Assembly (NCBI GenBank): GCA_965649825.1
Contig: OZ287696.1
Coordinates: forward strand, 1,460,081 to 1,524,080
Origin: Penicillus capitatus
Taxonomy: Eukaryota > Plantae > Chlorophyta
Length of the DNA stretch: 64,000 nt
Direction of reading: 5' to 3'
Part shown: positions 19,427 to 34,000 of the stretch, piece by piece
Numbering within the stretch: the stretch's first letter is position 1
Layout of the letters: every line of letters begins with the position of its first letter
Notes under the pieces: model-generated
What the model was told of the DNA's origin: nothing
What the model saw: the letters and a program-made list of their open reading frames with translations, nothing else
The model's database searches: none
Program-made: the position numbers and the translations under genes

Positions 19427-21171
19427 CCGTGTTTACAGTCTCAATCGCTTGTCCATATTTGCGCGGTTTTTTTTTCACTTCGAAGTGTGAGTTGCATAAG
19501 CCTTAAAACCGAAGCATTCATTTGCCAGTTGTGTTGTGCAGCGAGTGACCCATGCATGCGATGCCATCATTCTTGCGATGATGACACACAACCTATGAAA
19601 AGTCTGTTCCGACAAATTCAGTCAGGGAATAATACGTTGGCAAACCAGAGTGTATGAAAGATTTGCCACAAAACATCTGTTTCATTAAACAACTTTCCCA
19701 CTGAAGGTGAACAAAGCGATAGACCTGCGATCGTTTTCTGTGAAAAGATATTCGCTCACAGAGCCACAGAGTTAGCCAGCTCATGATCATGGGCAACGAA
19801 GAAGTAGAAGCCGTCAAGACTGCCGAAGTTAAGAAAAAAAACAACGGCTGTAGCACGGATCGTCTTTGAAAGCGACCTTGAAGCAGGTCAAGGAGAACAG
19901 CCTCGCCAAGTCGAAAAGAGAAACGAACACGGTCTTGGTTTCTGAAATGTGGGAGTGTTACAAAGCGGTACTTCCAGAAAGGTATCGCAAAGTCGATCTC
20001 GACTGTCGCATTCCGTGTTACGTCAACCGGCATGTTTTTCCTGAAGCGCGTCTGTCGCGCCACGAAGAACTACGACATGACGCTCATGCGATAACGTACG
20101 TAATTGCCGTCCGTTGATCGGACACAGGAACGATCGACGTTGCTCGACAGTGCTGGTCCACAGACAAAGACGTGCGGGTTACAAAGCCGAAGGACGCTTG
20201 GCTTAAAAACTGAGTCATCGTCACGTCACGGCGAAAGAGACGTTTGAGTTTTCATCACCCCCGCATGATAGTGTCGGAAAGTATCAGAACAGAGATTTAC
20301 AAAGACGAAGAACCGTTCATCAGCAACGGCCATATATCAACAAATTGAGGCGACTCATTCATCTAAGTCAAATCAAAATGACACCTACACGACAGAGTTA
20401 TTTCAGTTTCCGCTGACGCAGTTCATAGTCACGCAGTTTGACATTTTTCTCATATAACCGACGACGATAATCATTGGACCGGCATGTTAAGAGGGTGAAT
20501 TCTTTTGCTTGCTCATCCAACCACTAGTGAATAGCACAAAGACCTGTTTTGCTTTCCTGAGTTCTTTTTGACCGATATCTGCTCGTATAACACTGAAGTC
20601 GACTAGAAAACGCATAACACCAAGGATCGGTCTGTCGGAGAACGACGTAATATCTTTCGCTTTTGGCATAAAAACAAGTTCTGCCAGGTTTGCTATTCGC
20701 CCCTACGTGCATACAGGCTCTCTATATTCTTTCGTCACAGCAGAAAACATGCAAGTTACTTTATCGCATAAGCATCAGTGGCAGCAGAACCGCGTGACTG
20801 TTTCGGTACAATATGCCGTGTCGGAATCTGAAAGAGCGCTGTCGTTGTAGAGAACTACTCTGAGTGAGCCTCTTTTCAAGGTTTTGCGGAGAATACCTCC
20901 TACAAGTGAGGAATTTGACCGACGTACATAGACGGACATAGTGATCTGACGGCTAAGTCACATCACCTCTGCGCCTCACTGAGGGTGTTTTGTGCAGGAA
21001 CTGCAGAGAAGGAACGAAGGGACCCGTGGAACATAAACACTACTACCACGGCGAGGAACGTGAAAGTGCGGATCTCGCCTCCAGTCGAAAACGGAAGAGG
21101 GAGAGTTGTTGGATGCGTCAAATGGTTTCGCCGTCGAAATTTGAAGAGACCGAACGCTGATGTTGACTCGA

Positions 21172-23447
21172 ATGGCGGACTCAGCTACCCCAGAAGGCGT
21201 GTCTCGTCAACACAGTCCTTCTTTCGCCAACCCGACGCGGAGGTTGTGCCTCTGTCTGGTCGCTCTTCTTTGAACGCATCATTATCGCCCGTTTCATCAA
21301 ATGCATTCCCTCGCAGATCATCGGTCACAACACGTACGCTAAGCGCACCATGCCTCGGTAGGACTGTTTTGCCCAATTGAATGATGATGACAAGCAACTA
21401 ACTGTGCAGAAGAAGGTGACGCTGAAAGAAACCGTTTTCAATCTCTCGAGTGGACCGACCAGAACAAAAAAACGTCGAACGATGTCGCAAGAAGAACAGG
21501 GTACGATTGCATCGATTTTGTGTTTCTTGAGCAATGAACAGTCGCAGGAGTGCTCGTGTGTCGACCGGCCTTTTCACCGGCGATCCCCAGATTGATGAAC
21601 CGAATGCCGACACTACTGACAACGCATCGCTTTCTTTTGATAAGGTGACTCTTCTGAGCAAAACCGCCGTTTTCGCGGGAAGGTGGGCAAAAAACCTCAC
21701 TGTGCTTTCGTCACACGCCAGTGTGTTTAGATATCGAATCGAAAAGGCGTGCGAAGAATTGAAAGATATAGCCTGTTTCCAGGCCATCGATTGCAGGACA
21801 AAAGAACCCGTTTTCCTAAAATTCTACGGAGACACATTTGATCTCCATCAATACATTAAATTCCACCGTTCTCTGAACACTGCATATGCCTATGAGTAAC
21901 ACCGTCTCCAGCGATGTTGTATGATTTGCAGCCATTACCATCTAGATTGCTGGATGTTGTTGACAGTGGAGAAGGATACCCTCCATGTTTGGTGTTTGAA
22001 AGAGGCGACCGAACACTGAACGATCTCAAAATAGGTGAATTTGCCCTTCGCAAAACGACCGGAATCGTTTACGAAGTAACACTGGTATCTTCTGTGGCAT
22101 CGTTTGCTGAATACAAATTCTTCAGATTCTCGAAGCTCTGCACGGAATTCACAGAAGCTCGGTCACACACTGTAACTTAAATCCATCTAACGTCATGTTT
22201 TTTCCAAGAACCCTCTCCTGGAAGCTCGTTCACATGGAAGAAGCATTCTGTGCGGGAAAGCTTCCAGCCATCAGCGCCACGAATCCAATTTATTCCCCTC
22301 CTGAGCTGCGACGAGCAAAACAAGAAGGTCTACTGCATCTCCAGATGGATCCAAGCGCTGACATATGGTCATTTGGAGTAATGTCCTTCGAATTGCTGAC
22401 AGGTGTCGCTCTGAGTTATTTCAAAACAGTCTTCAAATTCTCTCGCATTCAAGGGAAGGAATTTGAGGATGATGTGACTGTGTGTGACTATTTGGCGGAA
22501 CTCTTCCAAAGCAGCTACGAAGAAGCGAGATCAGCTTTTAACTTGACGCGAAATGCAGTTGATTTCCTAAGGAAAACTCTTTGCTGTGATCGAACGAAAC
22601 GACCGTCAGCAGAGGAACTTCTCTCGCACGATCTACTACGTCATTTACGAGGCTCCACTGAGACAGCGCCACAAATGAACGAGGTGTGCTTTCTGCTCAG
22701 TGATGTGACCTGTCTCAAGATCATGAACAGGTCAACACAAGCAGTTCTTCGCTGAATCAAATTGCGTGTCTCTACGCTGACAGATTCCACATTGAAGCGA
22801 AGCCAGAGACATTTCTCAAGAGAAGTAACCCACAAAAACGGTTCCATGAAAGAGAAGCGAAAGAAGCCCCCACCGAAAGAGACGATCTGCTGGGCGACAA
22901 GCCTTCCTATGTGCTGAAAACAAAAAAGTGCTTTCGTTTGAGACTTTACATCACTTTTGGCGAAGGCTCAGTATTGCCAACAGACGACATCCAATCCGTC
23001 CGAATCAAGATGAAGGATAATGATAGCCCAGTTGAAGTGCCATACGAAGTGGTGTCATCCGATACAAGGCAAAAAGAGATCATCGCTCTAGTGGATCCTG
23101 CGACGATCAATTCTACCGCTCTCATGACAGCTTCTCGTGTTTATGGAAGTCTAGAGGAGAAATACGAAAAAATGGAGGTGTTCGTGGACTTCATTCTGAA
23201 CGACTCGGGCGGCGTAACTCAGAGAAAGGGTCACGATCTCTATTTGCTGATGGTCAATTCAAGTATCGCACTAATGTACTATGACCATAAAACATGGCTT
23301 TATGACCAGTTTACAAAATTACCAAAGGCTGCTAGGAGTTTGTCAGACGCTATGGTTGGGTTTTTCTTCAAGTCTGGCAAGTTTATAGTTTATCTTTCCC
23401 CTCTGTTCGCATCGGCGTGTTTATTGCGTTGTTGCTGTTGCGCATAG
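21172..23447 (+). CDS. Protein-kinase-fold protein, probable pseudokinase; multi-exon, boundaries uncertain
   Basis: VFLKFY (beta3 Lys), LVFERG hinge, THCNLNPSNV (catalytic loop lacking Asp), KLVHME in place of DFG, YSPPE and ADIWSFGV. Confidence 0.65.
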
Positions 23448-24923
23448 CAACGAAACGTGTTCCCACATCGATGCCGATTCGATCTTATCGCAGTTTGTTC
23501 TTCTATTCCTTTCTTTTCTATGAATTCGGTGGGGAAACGCATGAACATGATAACAGTTAATCATGTTGACGTTTTTTGGTTAGCAGAACACTTTGAATCT
23601 GTAGAATTTATTCACCACGCGTTCATCTTCGTCGCATTCGGCGCGTTATCCTTCGTCGTTGGAGCGTTTGGAAAAGATGTAGTACAACGTCAGCAATCGA
23701 TACCGACCAGTCCAAGGGTTTCTTGTCAACTAGTTTCTCAGGAAAGTTTGTGAGATCACCATACAGCTGTCACAATAAGTAAAAAGAGTAATCGATTGTG
23801 AGGCATAGCACATCGACGGGCGGTTATGCAGAGTCTGATTCGTATCTCCTCGTCCACTATCGGCGTATGACAGCAGGACAAGCATCAATCTTTGAACCAG
23901 CGTCGACGCACTTTCCAAGTCTCGTCGGACAAGAAAGAGCAACGTTTGTTGCAGATTTTCTCAGGTAAGTGCGTTCGGTAAGGTATCTGTCAGTAGAGAT
24001 TACTTCGCGTGACAGACAGCGCACTCATTATCGCAGCAGAGAAAGTCGCTTTGGACTGAATCGCTTGCGCGCTTTATAAAACCCACGCATTGCAAACGGA
24101 TAGTTTGTTTAAATCAACAAAAGAGTGAATCTATGTGCACAAGTCAGAATGAGATGACAGTCCTGACACAATTGCGGTTCTCTCTCACTCTTCCGATCAA
24201 ATACGTCATGAATCGCAAAAACAGGAATATCGTCCAATCTCAGCCCGGACAGAATCCAGATTTTCTTCCGAGGCCCTTTCTCGCCGTACGTCTGAGGTGG
24301 TCCCTTAATGACTGGCAGATCGGCATCGGCTGTGCCTTTCAGTCGAACGGGGTGAATTGAAGGTCGATATTCCACCGATATCCAGAACGCCTCGTATAGC
24401 CTCTTGGCGACTTAGTGTCTCGTTTGCTCTCTCTTTGAATGTCGACAGGAGGGAATCATCGCTTCTCTGTCCATACGTCCTCAGAATGATGATGAAATTC
24501 ACCTTCTAACAGCGCGCACTCTGTACGTGGAGCGCAAGGGGATGGACAGATAAACCTGAAAAGGTAGCGTGTACCACTGGACCGTGGAAAATGCGTTGTC
24601 TCAGCCAATGCAACGTCTTGAAACCATAAGACGTCGACCTTCAGATCCTATGTAGTTTACTCCACCTGAAAAAGATCTATTCCATCATTAACACAAGACC
24701 ATCAGGAGTATGTGCATTTCTGTGACATCCAGCACGGACGTAAGGTTTCGTATGCCGCTGACAGAACACTCTACCTGAATAACGAGTGTTCTGTACGACG
24801 ATGTTTTTGAAGTATGATGTCTATTTCATTTGCGTCGTTAGTGGGAACTCATTGTATCTTGCGTCGTCGCTTTAGACAAGAAAACCGCCTCTTGTCTCCG
24901 AGAAATCGACGACGCCCGAACAA

Positions 24924-27900
24924 ATGTCTGCAGATGACGTCGCCGAGGATCAGCTCATCAGCAACATACTTGCTGTCACGTTGCGACCCACGAACGACAG
25001 CAGTCTTTACTTTCTTGCCACCCTTGCGGCTGTCTTTTCTCCAACCTCTCTGTCTTTCGGAACAGATGGTATGTTCTTTTAGGAGATGGAATCTATAAGT
25101 GGAACTCAGGTCCTGTTGCGGCGTGAAATCGTCGACCGCGTTCTTGTCGCCCGATTGATAGATGAACCTCCATCAGAATACGTTTTCTCTCCCTTTCAAT
25201 ACCTCCTACACTGCTATGCAAACGTCTATCAACAAGCTCGTTCTCTACCGAGCAGATATCGTAATGCCCAGCTACTGCAGCGCCTGAATGCAACAGTAGT
25301 GGACATCAAAGACCTAATACTGAGCTACGCGGCACTGGTCTTCATGCCAGATGTCATTCCAGCGGTAAGAACTGCTTGTTTCTGTAGAAGTCCTCGTATG
25401 GCGCATCGTAGAAAAACATGCAAACGGGTTTGCAGCTCTTGGCTTCACTGGAAGCTGTGACAGAGCCTAAGGCGGGTATCGAACCTATGCCGGCCTTGTT
25501 TCTTGAAGAATTTGCAAACCGACAGAACTCTGATCTGCTACAGGAGCTCCTTAAACCCATCTGTCCGTACACATCCCTCTCTGCAGCCTGTGATGTGTAG
25601 CGTGTTCATCAGGTCACAAAATGGGAATCTCGATGCTGAAGACGTCGCTGGGTGGTGACCATAGCAAGCCCCTGCACATACTGAAATCCCTTTTGGACGT
25701 TCCAAAACTGGCAACAGCGATAACCCAGTTGCCCATGTTCCTCAGTCCACACGACAATGGCTACAAGTTTGAGATGGGCACTCTCCTCGGTACCCTTCTC
25801 TCAGTGAGTGCTCTACCAGATCGTGCCAATCAAATGCGACCCGATATCGGTCGAGAGTTTTTTGAAAACCACGAGAATCTTGGGATGAGAGATCTGCACC
25901 AGTCGATCACTTCGCTCAGGAGATCATCCAACCAATTCACGGATGATCTTCATTCCCTTTTCAGAACGCTGCTGAAAAAAGACACACGATCGCAGACGGT
26001 TCAATGGCTGATACATGCCATTGAGAGCAACAACGCTCGATCTCAAATGAATCCAGCACAATTGACCATTTCTTCCAATGGCTTCTGCCTGAATCTCTGC
26101 AATCTGTTGGTGAAGCTATGCGAACCCTTCGTGGATCCGCACAGTGGCAAAGCATGGCCGCATGTGACACTTGATTACGTGCTGAATAACGATCGCCTGA
26201 GTTTCCAGGATGAGACAAGGCTGGCGATGGCATCCTCCGAAGCAGAAGAGCTGCAGAAGAAAGGAACGGGAGAGCAATCGGGACATCCGCCGCCCTACCA
26301 CTTTATCTGCGAATGCTTCTTCATGACACTCAAGGCGCTGCACCTGGGCACTGTGAAGCTCATCAACGGCCTCGGCAATCTCATGCGTCATATCCGTAAC
26401 ATTCGAACCGAGATAGCAGAACTGGAAACTGCACTCCAAGCAGAACAGAACCCAATTCGTCGAACGCAGGCCGAACGCGAGCTCACTCGATACAAAGCCA
26501 TCCAGGAACACCTGGAGAGAGAGCGCCTGTGCATGGAAGCCATTCTGTGTGACGACTTTCTGCTGACGCAAATAAACACGTTCTACCAGCTCGTGCTGGT
26601 CTGGATGACACGACTGATGTACCTTCAAGTGTCCGATTCTTTTCAAGTCCCTCTTCCTGGTCCTGTCCATCCCAGCTTCGCTGCAGTGCCCGAGTACTTC
26701 CTCGAAGATCTTGTGGATGTTCTGATCCATACAGGACATCAGGCGCCGCAGGTTTTTCAATCTGTCCGCCTGCAGGAGACCGTCATCTTTTTCATGGCCA
26801 TGATGGGAAGCCCGCACTACGTTACCAATCCTTATCTCAGAGGGAAGCTGGTAGAAGTGCTGCACGCGTGTCTGCCCGAGTCTCTGAAACACCATCCCAC
26901 CATGCGACGGCGTTCGGATCTCTTGGCGTTTGTATTTGAAGACCATCCGACCATTCTTCGTCACTTGGTTCCCTGTTTGCTGCAACTCTACGTCGATATC
27001 GAGTCCACTGGACGACATGCACAGTTCTATGAGAAATTCGAAACCCGAACGTACATTACGGAGTTACTGGAGTATGTGTGGAACATCAAAGAGCATAATG
27101 AAGCTTGGAAGGCAGTGGCAGAAAAGGATGGCGGCCGCGGTCTGTATCTTCTATTCTGCAACATGCTCGTCAATGACTCAATCTTCCTCTTGGACGATAG
27201 TTTGAAGAAACTGGAAGAGATCCGAAGAATCGAGACCCGCATGGCGAATCCTGAAGAATGGAATCGCCTTACTCCAGAAGAGAGGCAGCAAGAGGAACGC
27301 GATCTGAGTCACCACGGTTCCCTCTCGATCATAGAGTCCGTGCATAAACTGAGGAAAGATGGATGTGTGTGACAGGTGGAGTTCTAAGGAACCTCTTCCA
27401 CTACGCCAAGGGATGCATCAACCATCTCCTTCGTGTCACACGTGAGACGCAGAAGACTTTCCTGTTGCCGGAAATGGTCGAACGCGTCGCTTCGATGTTG
27501 AATTACTTCCTCAAGTACATCACGGGCCCAGAGAGGAAGAAACTGAAGACCAAGAATCCAGAGGAGTACAACTTCGACCCCAAGAAGCTCCTCACCGGAA
27601 TACTGGAAATCTATCTCCAGCTGGAGCGCGCCGACGACGAACACGTCTTCGCACGGGCCGTCTCTTCGGATGGACGGTCCTACCGAGATGAAATGTTCGG
27701 CGAGGCGTTGGCTGTGGTGGAGAGGCATGCACTCATGGAGGCGGACAGGGTCCAACTCATCCGTCGCTTCGCTCAAGCCTGCCACGATGCCGCACTGCAC
27801 GGAGCTCGGGAGGAAGAGATCCTTGGCGAAGTGCCTGACGAGTTCCTGGATCCGATTCAGTTCACCCTTATGCGCGATCCGGTGACACTGCCGACTTCAG

Positions 27901-28061
27901 GGCAGACGCTTGATCGGACGACTATTGCCCGCCATCTTCTGTCCGATCCAAAAGACCCTTTCAACCGCGAGCCGCTGACAGTCGAGATGCTCAAGCCCAA
28001 TGACGATCTCAGAAGTCGCATCGAGGAGTGGCTCAGAGAGCAGAAATCGGCAACGGAATGA
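24924..28061 (+). CDS. UFD2: Ubiquitin conjugation factor E4 (Ufd2/UBE4), multi-exon
   Basis: Ufd2 core (YHFICECFFMT, VTNPYLRGKLVEVL, QFYEKFETR) and C-terminal U-box (VPDEFLDPIQFTLMRDPVTLPTSG...DPFNREPL). Confidence 0.93.
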
Positions 28062-28184
28062 AGAACGACAGACAGTACATTGCGTATGTAGATTTAGACA
28101 TTGCGTTGCTCGCATCGGTACGCGATCATCGAAGGTGTGCGTCCCCACAGCCGAACGCGTTGTCGAACCGACCTTCGAGCAGAA

Positions 28185-30915
28185 ATGTCGTCCACAGCAG
28201 GAAGAGCTGCCAGTGTGCTGCGGGATGGCGTCGTTTACAGTGGGAGTGCCATCGTGAACGGCGTCAATGCCATCACTCCGCACTTCGCCGGCGCTGTTGA
28301 TATCCTTGTCGTCCGTCAACCGGACGGCTCTCTCAGGAGCACCCCGTTCTACGGTAAGGCCGCCTGCCCGCTGCTGACGCTCCTGATGTCCTCTGCAGTT
28401 AGGTTTGGAAAGTACTCGTCCCTTCGTGCTAAGGACAGAGCGGTACGCATCTTTATCAACGGTAAGCGCCCCCAGAAAAGGCAGATGCGAGTGAGATGAT
28501 GGAGTGAGACAGGGTCCGACACCAGCCTCGAAATGCACCTGGGCAGCTACGGCCAAGCATACTTCATCACAGAGTCTTTAGAAGTGTGCAACGGTGTGCA
28601 TTCATACTGTCACGTCATGTATTGCATTGCATCTGTGCTGCTGTGATCAGTTTCGGATCAGGAGGCGGGTGTCGACTACGGTGGAATGATATCTTCACCG
28701 AGTGGCTACTCATCAAACGATGAAGAGGAGGATGCACCGTATGCCAATACGCAAATGCTGGAAGCAGTTCGCACGGAAGTCTCTGCGCTGCACAAAAAAG
28801 AGGCGAAGATAACATCTGCAGGTATCTGCCCGTTGCTGTGCCTTTCCATAGAGAACATGTATCTCAGATCCTGTAGCTGAGTGTAGTTCCTGGAAAAGGA
28901 TCGAAGACACATCGCTGCCTGTTTCGCCCTTCAGATTTCGAAAAAACGATTCCGCTTTGAAGAGAAAAGCCACAGAGCGATCTTTCTCAGACAACGAAGA
29001 TGCGTTGAATGAAAACGATGAAGAATCGAAGAGAGCACCGCATCACGGTTTGCAGAGGGTCGTGGTCGAGGAGAAAATAACGTCATCTCTCCTCAGTGTG
29101 CGAAGCTGCCCTTCATTCAAGACTGCCATGGAAGGAGATCTGAATCTCGACGAAGGACCTCACGGAGATGGACATTCTCATCAGACACCCGAAGATGCTG
29201 TGACACAGGATGCAGAGTATTTCTCGCCAGCGGGATCTCTCGAGAACAGTTCGAATCAGAACAACGACGCTCTGGTGTGTCCGGATCCGGAATCGCATTT
29301 CACTTCGGCGTTCAGTCATGGCGCAGCAGAGAGAGGCGAAATGGGAGATCTCGAAAACGTATCGCAGTCACTCGTGGGCTTGAATGACGGATACGATGGC
29401 GACACCGAGACGGCTAAGTTTGCAAAGGAATCGAACTTGTCGCCTTTCCCCGTTGCGGACTCCCTGAGCGCATCGATCCTTCGAGGACTCGAGATATCTC
29501 TGTGTGGGCATTTGCTGAAGCGTGATATGCCGTCTGCTGCAGCTCAGTCGATTTTCGAAGCGCACCGAGTTCTGAGAGAAGATTTTCAAGAGAAGGGCAT
29601 CCAGATCGCACAGGACTCACGTTTGATCTGCCGTGTGGATGGAGTGCTTTATCCTTGGTCGATGGTCGTGCCAATGGTGCTGGGTATGTTGGCGTTTGAC
29701 GGCAGATGGGATCATATGCTGCAAGCACGTCACAGTCTTGGTACGAGCGATTCGTATGCCAAAGAAACGGCGTCTGACGAACGGCCATCGAGCGGCTGGA
29801 GTCTGTGGCCATTCCGCGGACGATCGGCCAAAACAACGGCAGAAGAACAGCCGGGCGAAACAGAAAGCACAGATCAGCGGCGGATGACCAGGAAGAAAGT
29901 TCTATCTCCCACACCCGAGCAGCTGGCATCTTTAAATCTAGAAGACGGGCAAAACGTGATTTCCTACCGTCTGGGGGATAACGTCCAGCAGGAAGCTTAC
30001 ATCTACGTCATCAGCTGGAGCTCACGACTCGTCATCTCAGACATCGATGGCACCGTCACACGATCAGACATCCTTGGACACTTGCTGCCACCCATTGGCG
30101 TTGACTGGACCCATTCCGGCGTCGCCCATCTCTTCTCGAACATCAAAGCCAATGGCTACGAAGTAGAGCGAGACCTGTTCCGATGATCGTATTCGCGATC
30201 CGTGTGCCTTAGATTATGTTCTTGAGTTCCAGGGCGATTGCACAGGCCAACATTACCAGAGACTTCCTGCATCGTCTGGAACAGGAAGGTGTGAAGATGC
30301 CTGTGGGACCAGTGATCATTTCGCCGCACGGTCTGTTGCCCTCCCTCTATCGAGAAATGATCCTACGTCGACCACACGACTTCAAGATTGGATGCCTGCA
30401 GGTATGCATACAAAGCATCTGCTGACAAGTGTCCATCCCTTCGATGCCAGGATGTACGTAAACTGTTTCCCGATCAGTGGAATCCCTTCTATGCCGGATT
30501 CGGCAATCGGGAAACAGATGTCATCAGCTACGAAGAGTCAGGAGTGCCGCCAAGTCGAATCTTCACCATCAATTCACGCGGCCTTATCATTCGTGGCACA
30601 TCGACGAGCATCCAGACCTCGACGTGGTCTTCACTTCAAGGTGAAATGTCGATGATGATGCAGCAGCATTCTTTGTTCTAATACAGCATGGCTGCAGGAA
30701 TCAATGAGCTCGTGAACGAAGTTTTCCCTTTCTACAATGAAGGTTTGGGCGCCGAGCTTCAGAGGGAGGAATACAACGAGTTTCAGCACTGGCGGATCTG
30801 TGATTTGTTTGCGTTTGCCGACGATCCGGAATTGGCAGATTTGATGTCGTTTCAGTCAGCACACTCCCTGAGCTTTTCAGCAAGAGGCCATAGTGGACCT
30901 TCCTTAAATGACTGA
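28185..30915 (+). CDS. PAH: Lipin / phosphatidate phosphatase (PAH), multi-exon
   Basis: NLIP domain ([26 protein letters not shown]) and CLIP catalytic motif [12 protein letters not shown], then [15 protein letters not shown]. Confidence 0.92.
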
Positions 30916-31041
30916 CAGACAGTATCATGCATATTGTTAATGCAGATATTCACATGTAAGATGATTCCTGATCAAACAAAAGAAAAGACAAACATCAAGG
31001 ATCCTTTAAAGAACAATGCCTTAGAAATAGGTCAATCAGTC

Positions 31042-34000
31042 TTAGTCAGAAGTTTCAAAGTCGTCAAGGACTTGACGTGTGTCAAGGTAACGCTCAAGAA
31101 GCAAATCTGTGCTGCCAACAATGGCCACAAGTTCGCCCGTCTCTCTCGTGTTCTTCAAAATGGACGTGTAACTCTTTTCCCCGGAAGCTTCGATCAGTAC
31201 AGAGCGTAGACGCGCAATGTATCCACTGTCAGCTTCTCCTTGCGTCAAGATGACATCTGTTGGCGTCAGGCCGAAGTTACAGGTTTTAAAGGAATTGAGC
31301 TCTTGGCACTCGCGTTTGTGCGAACAGATGAGTTGCAGTCCATCTGTGAGTTCTTCATCTTCCAGGACAGTGCTGTCTGTCAAAGCAATGCCCCCTTCGT
31401 TCTGTTTTAGGCATTCAATGGCACCGGCAGGTCCATAGTAATCGTCATCGAGTCCACATTCGTCTTCGCATGCTTCGCAGAGCGTTTCTGTTGCATCGGC
31501 GGCGCTTTGGTCGTGCGGCGCACAGATTTTCCCAAAGAAACTGTTGGCGCTCTCGACAGCTTTGCTCGGCTCTTCTGTATCTTCCTCTACTGTAGAGAAG
31601 AACCCTTGTTTCACCATGACACTGACAGGAGTCTCCCATCCAGAATCGCTCCCATAAAAGGGAAAGCACGCAGATTTGCCTTCGAAGTCGGTGATATAGA
31701 TTTTCTCTGCACACGTCTCCGATTCCACGACGGCCACACTGTAAACAACCGTTTCCTTCTGCTTACCAATCGCTTCGGCGGCGACCATGGCGAGGTTATA
31801 AGATTCGAATCCTTCGACAGCTTCTCTGGGAGAAGCGGACATGAACTGAGAAGTGCCTTTCTGCACGGACGCGTAGCACTCTTCAATAGAGTCTTCCCGA
31901 CGACAGTCCCACAAATAGCTTGACTCAATCTCCTCATAGATTTTCAGATTCTGCATCACAGTGACTTTAGAGAACAAACACGTCGTAGAGTGTATCACAC
32001 CTCTAAGCATGCGTCGAGTTGATCTTCAGTGAAAGCGCAGAAGGTTGCCAGGTTGCCGGGATTGAATCTCTTCTCCCCTTCGATGAGACGATCGAAAGCA
32101 CTGAGTGCTTCATCTGTCTCTTCTGTGATGTAGCCTGTCCAGCCGCCATCGATCACTTCCAATCCTTCTGCAGAAATCGAAAATGGAAAGTCGTTGATGA
32201 AGCCGCGTGCTTTGTTGAAGAAACGAGGTATGTCGGCGGCATTGCCGATACCATTCTTCACCACTCTTCCAACATCCCATAGAGAACCCGTCTCACCGAG
32301 AGCGGGAGAACCGATGAGGGCATGACTCGGAGCCAAAGCTAAATGGCAGCTTTCGTATTCGTCGATATCGGCACAGCCTCCATCTCTGCACAAGAGTTTG
32401 AAATCTGATGCCGGTTTGGTGGCCCAGGCACGGAAGACTTCATCGACGTTTCCATCACTTGCATAATCTCCCACAGTGCTGTGCTTCACAAAGGCAACAT
32501 CTCCAGCTTCTTCCATGAGACATCGGAAGGCGCCGTCGTAATCATAGTACTGATCATTGGTTAAGCAATTCCCTTTGCATCCCGAGCAGAGATTGTCCCA
32601 TAAGCTACCGGATCCATCTTTCGTGTTGCGCGGCCCGTTTCCGCTGATGCGAGGTGCACATGTCGTTTCAAAGAAGTTGGCGACGAGCTCAGCATCGTCT
32701 TCGATGGTTCCTCTGCGCCTCGTGCCGTTGAAGGCCTCCACTTGAGAATAGAGGACGCCGACCGGAATTCTCCACCCGGCCATCTTGCGGTATCCCGTGT
32801 GACAGGAACGCATGCCTTCTAGATCGGCCAGCGTTACTTCATCCTCGCAGAAATCGGCGTTCACAACGGCGACACCATAGTAGTTACCCTCTCCTCCAAT
32901 CTCGCCAACCTCTCGGACAAGAGGGACGAGACCAAAGGCGTGATGCGCTCGATAGGCATCGCCGCCGTCTAGGGACGTCAGATGGGCCTCGCCTTCGTAC
33001 AACATGCGCATGCAAGTCTCGGCCGTTTCTCCGACGACGCACTCAAAATTGATGCCGGTGATATCGGCTGCATTGAAAATGCGACTGCACTCGGCGCTGT
33101 CTGTGGAGCCCGCCATGAAAGGAATACAGACAATGACCTCTGTTCCTTTCGGCGCAGCAAGTTTCTCCAGCCCTGCGTAGGCGGATGCAGCTGTTCCGAG
33201 CAAATCTTCGACGTCATCTTCGAGTTCCACGAATTTTTCCACGCCACTGCTGAAGATGTGGTTTTCTGGATTCGAATCTTCATCCAGCACAATATCCGTA
33301 AAGTCTTCCATTTCCGTTAGATTCATGATGGCAGACTTCAAGCGCGTCGCATAGCTGGGAACATTACGTACGATCACCGAACGGGCGAGGACGGCTCCCA
33401 AGTTGCAGTCCTCGTATTCATCGATTTCGACGCAGCTCGGAGTCTTTGGACAAATCAGTCTATGATCATGTTCGTGTCCTTCATGATCGTGTTCGTGTTC
33501 TTCTTCATCATCATGATCGTGTTCATCATCTTCTTCTTCATCATGTTCGTGTTCTTCTTCTTCATCCTCTTCTTCGTGATCTTTGTCGAGGTCTTTGAGA
33601 ATTTCCGTGTGTTTCATAAAAGCGACCTCTCCCACTCCTTCTTCAAGGCATTCGTGTACACCATTGTCGCCATAGTAAGGACCCTTTTCCGAACAGGATC
33701 CCTTACATGCCTGACAAAGGGGAGGCCACTCCTCTGGGGAGCCACGTCGTTTGCGTTGTGGTCCAGTCTTGTCCGCATTGGGTACGCACATCTCTCCAAA
33801 GAACGCGGCTGCTGTCTCGGCGTCGTTCTCGACCAGGGGCTCATCGTCCTGTGGATCCATGATCTCTAGAGATGCCATGTATCCGATAGGAATTTCCCAT
33901 CCAGCTTCGTCGCCATAACTTGGGTGACACGTCGTTTTGCCTTTGAGATCGACCAGAACGGCATCTTCGTTCTCATCACAGAATTCTTTGTTCACAACTG

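Noticed and set aside
19500-21100. Short ORFs downstream of the 3' LTR (e.g. 19866-20117, 19593-20063)
   Set aside because: No recognisable motifs and no consistent exon chain; cannot support a gene call.
23457-24800. Short ORFs on both strands between the pseudokinase and UFD2
   Set aside because: May hide a small spliced gene, but nothing recognisable could be assembled.
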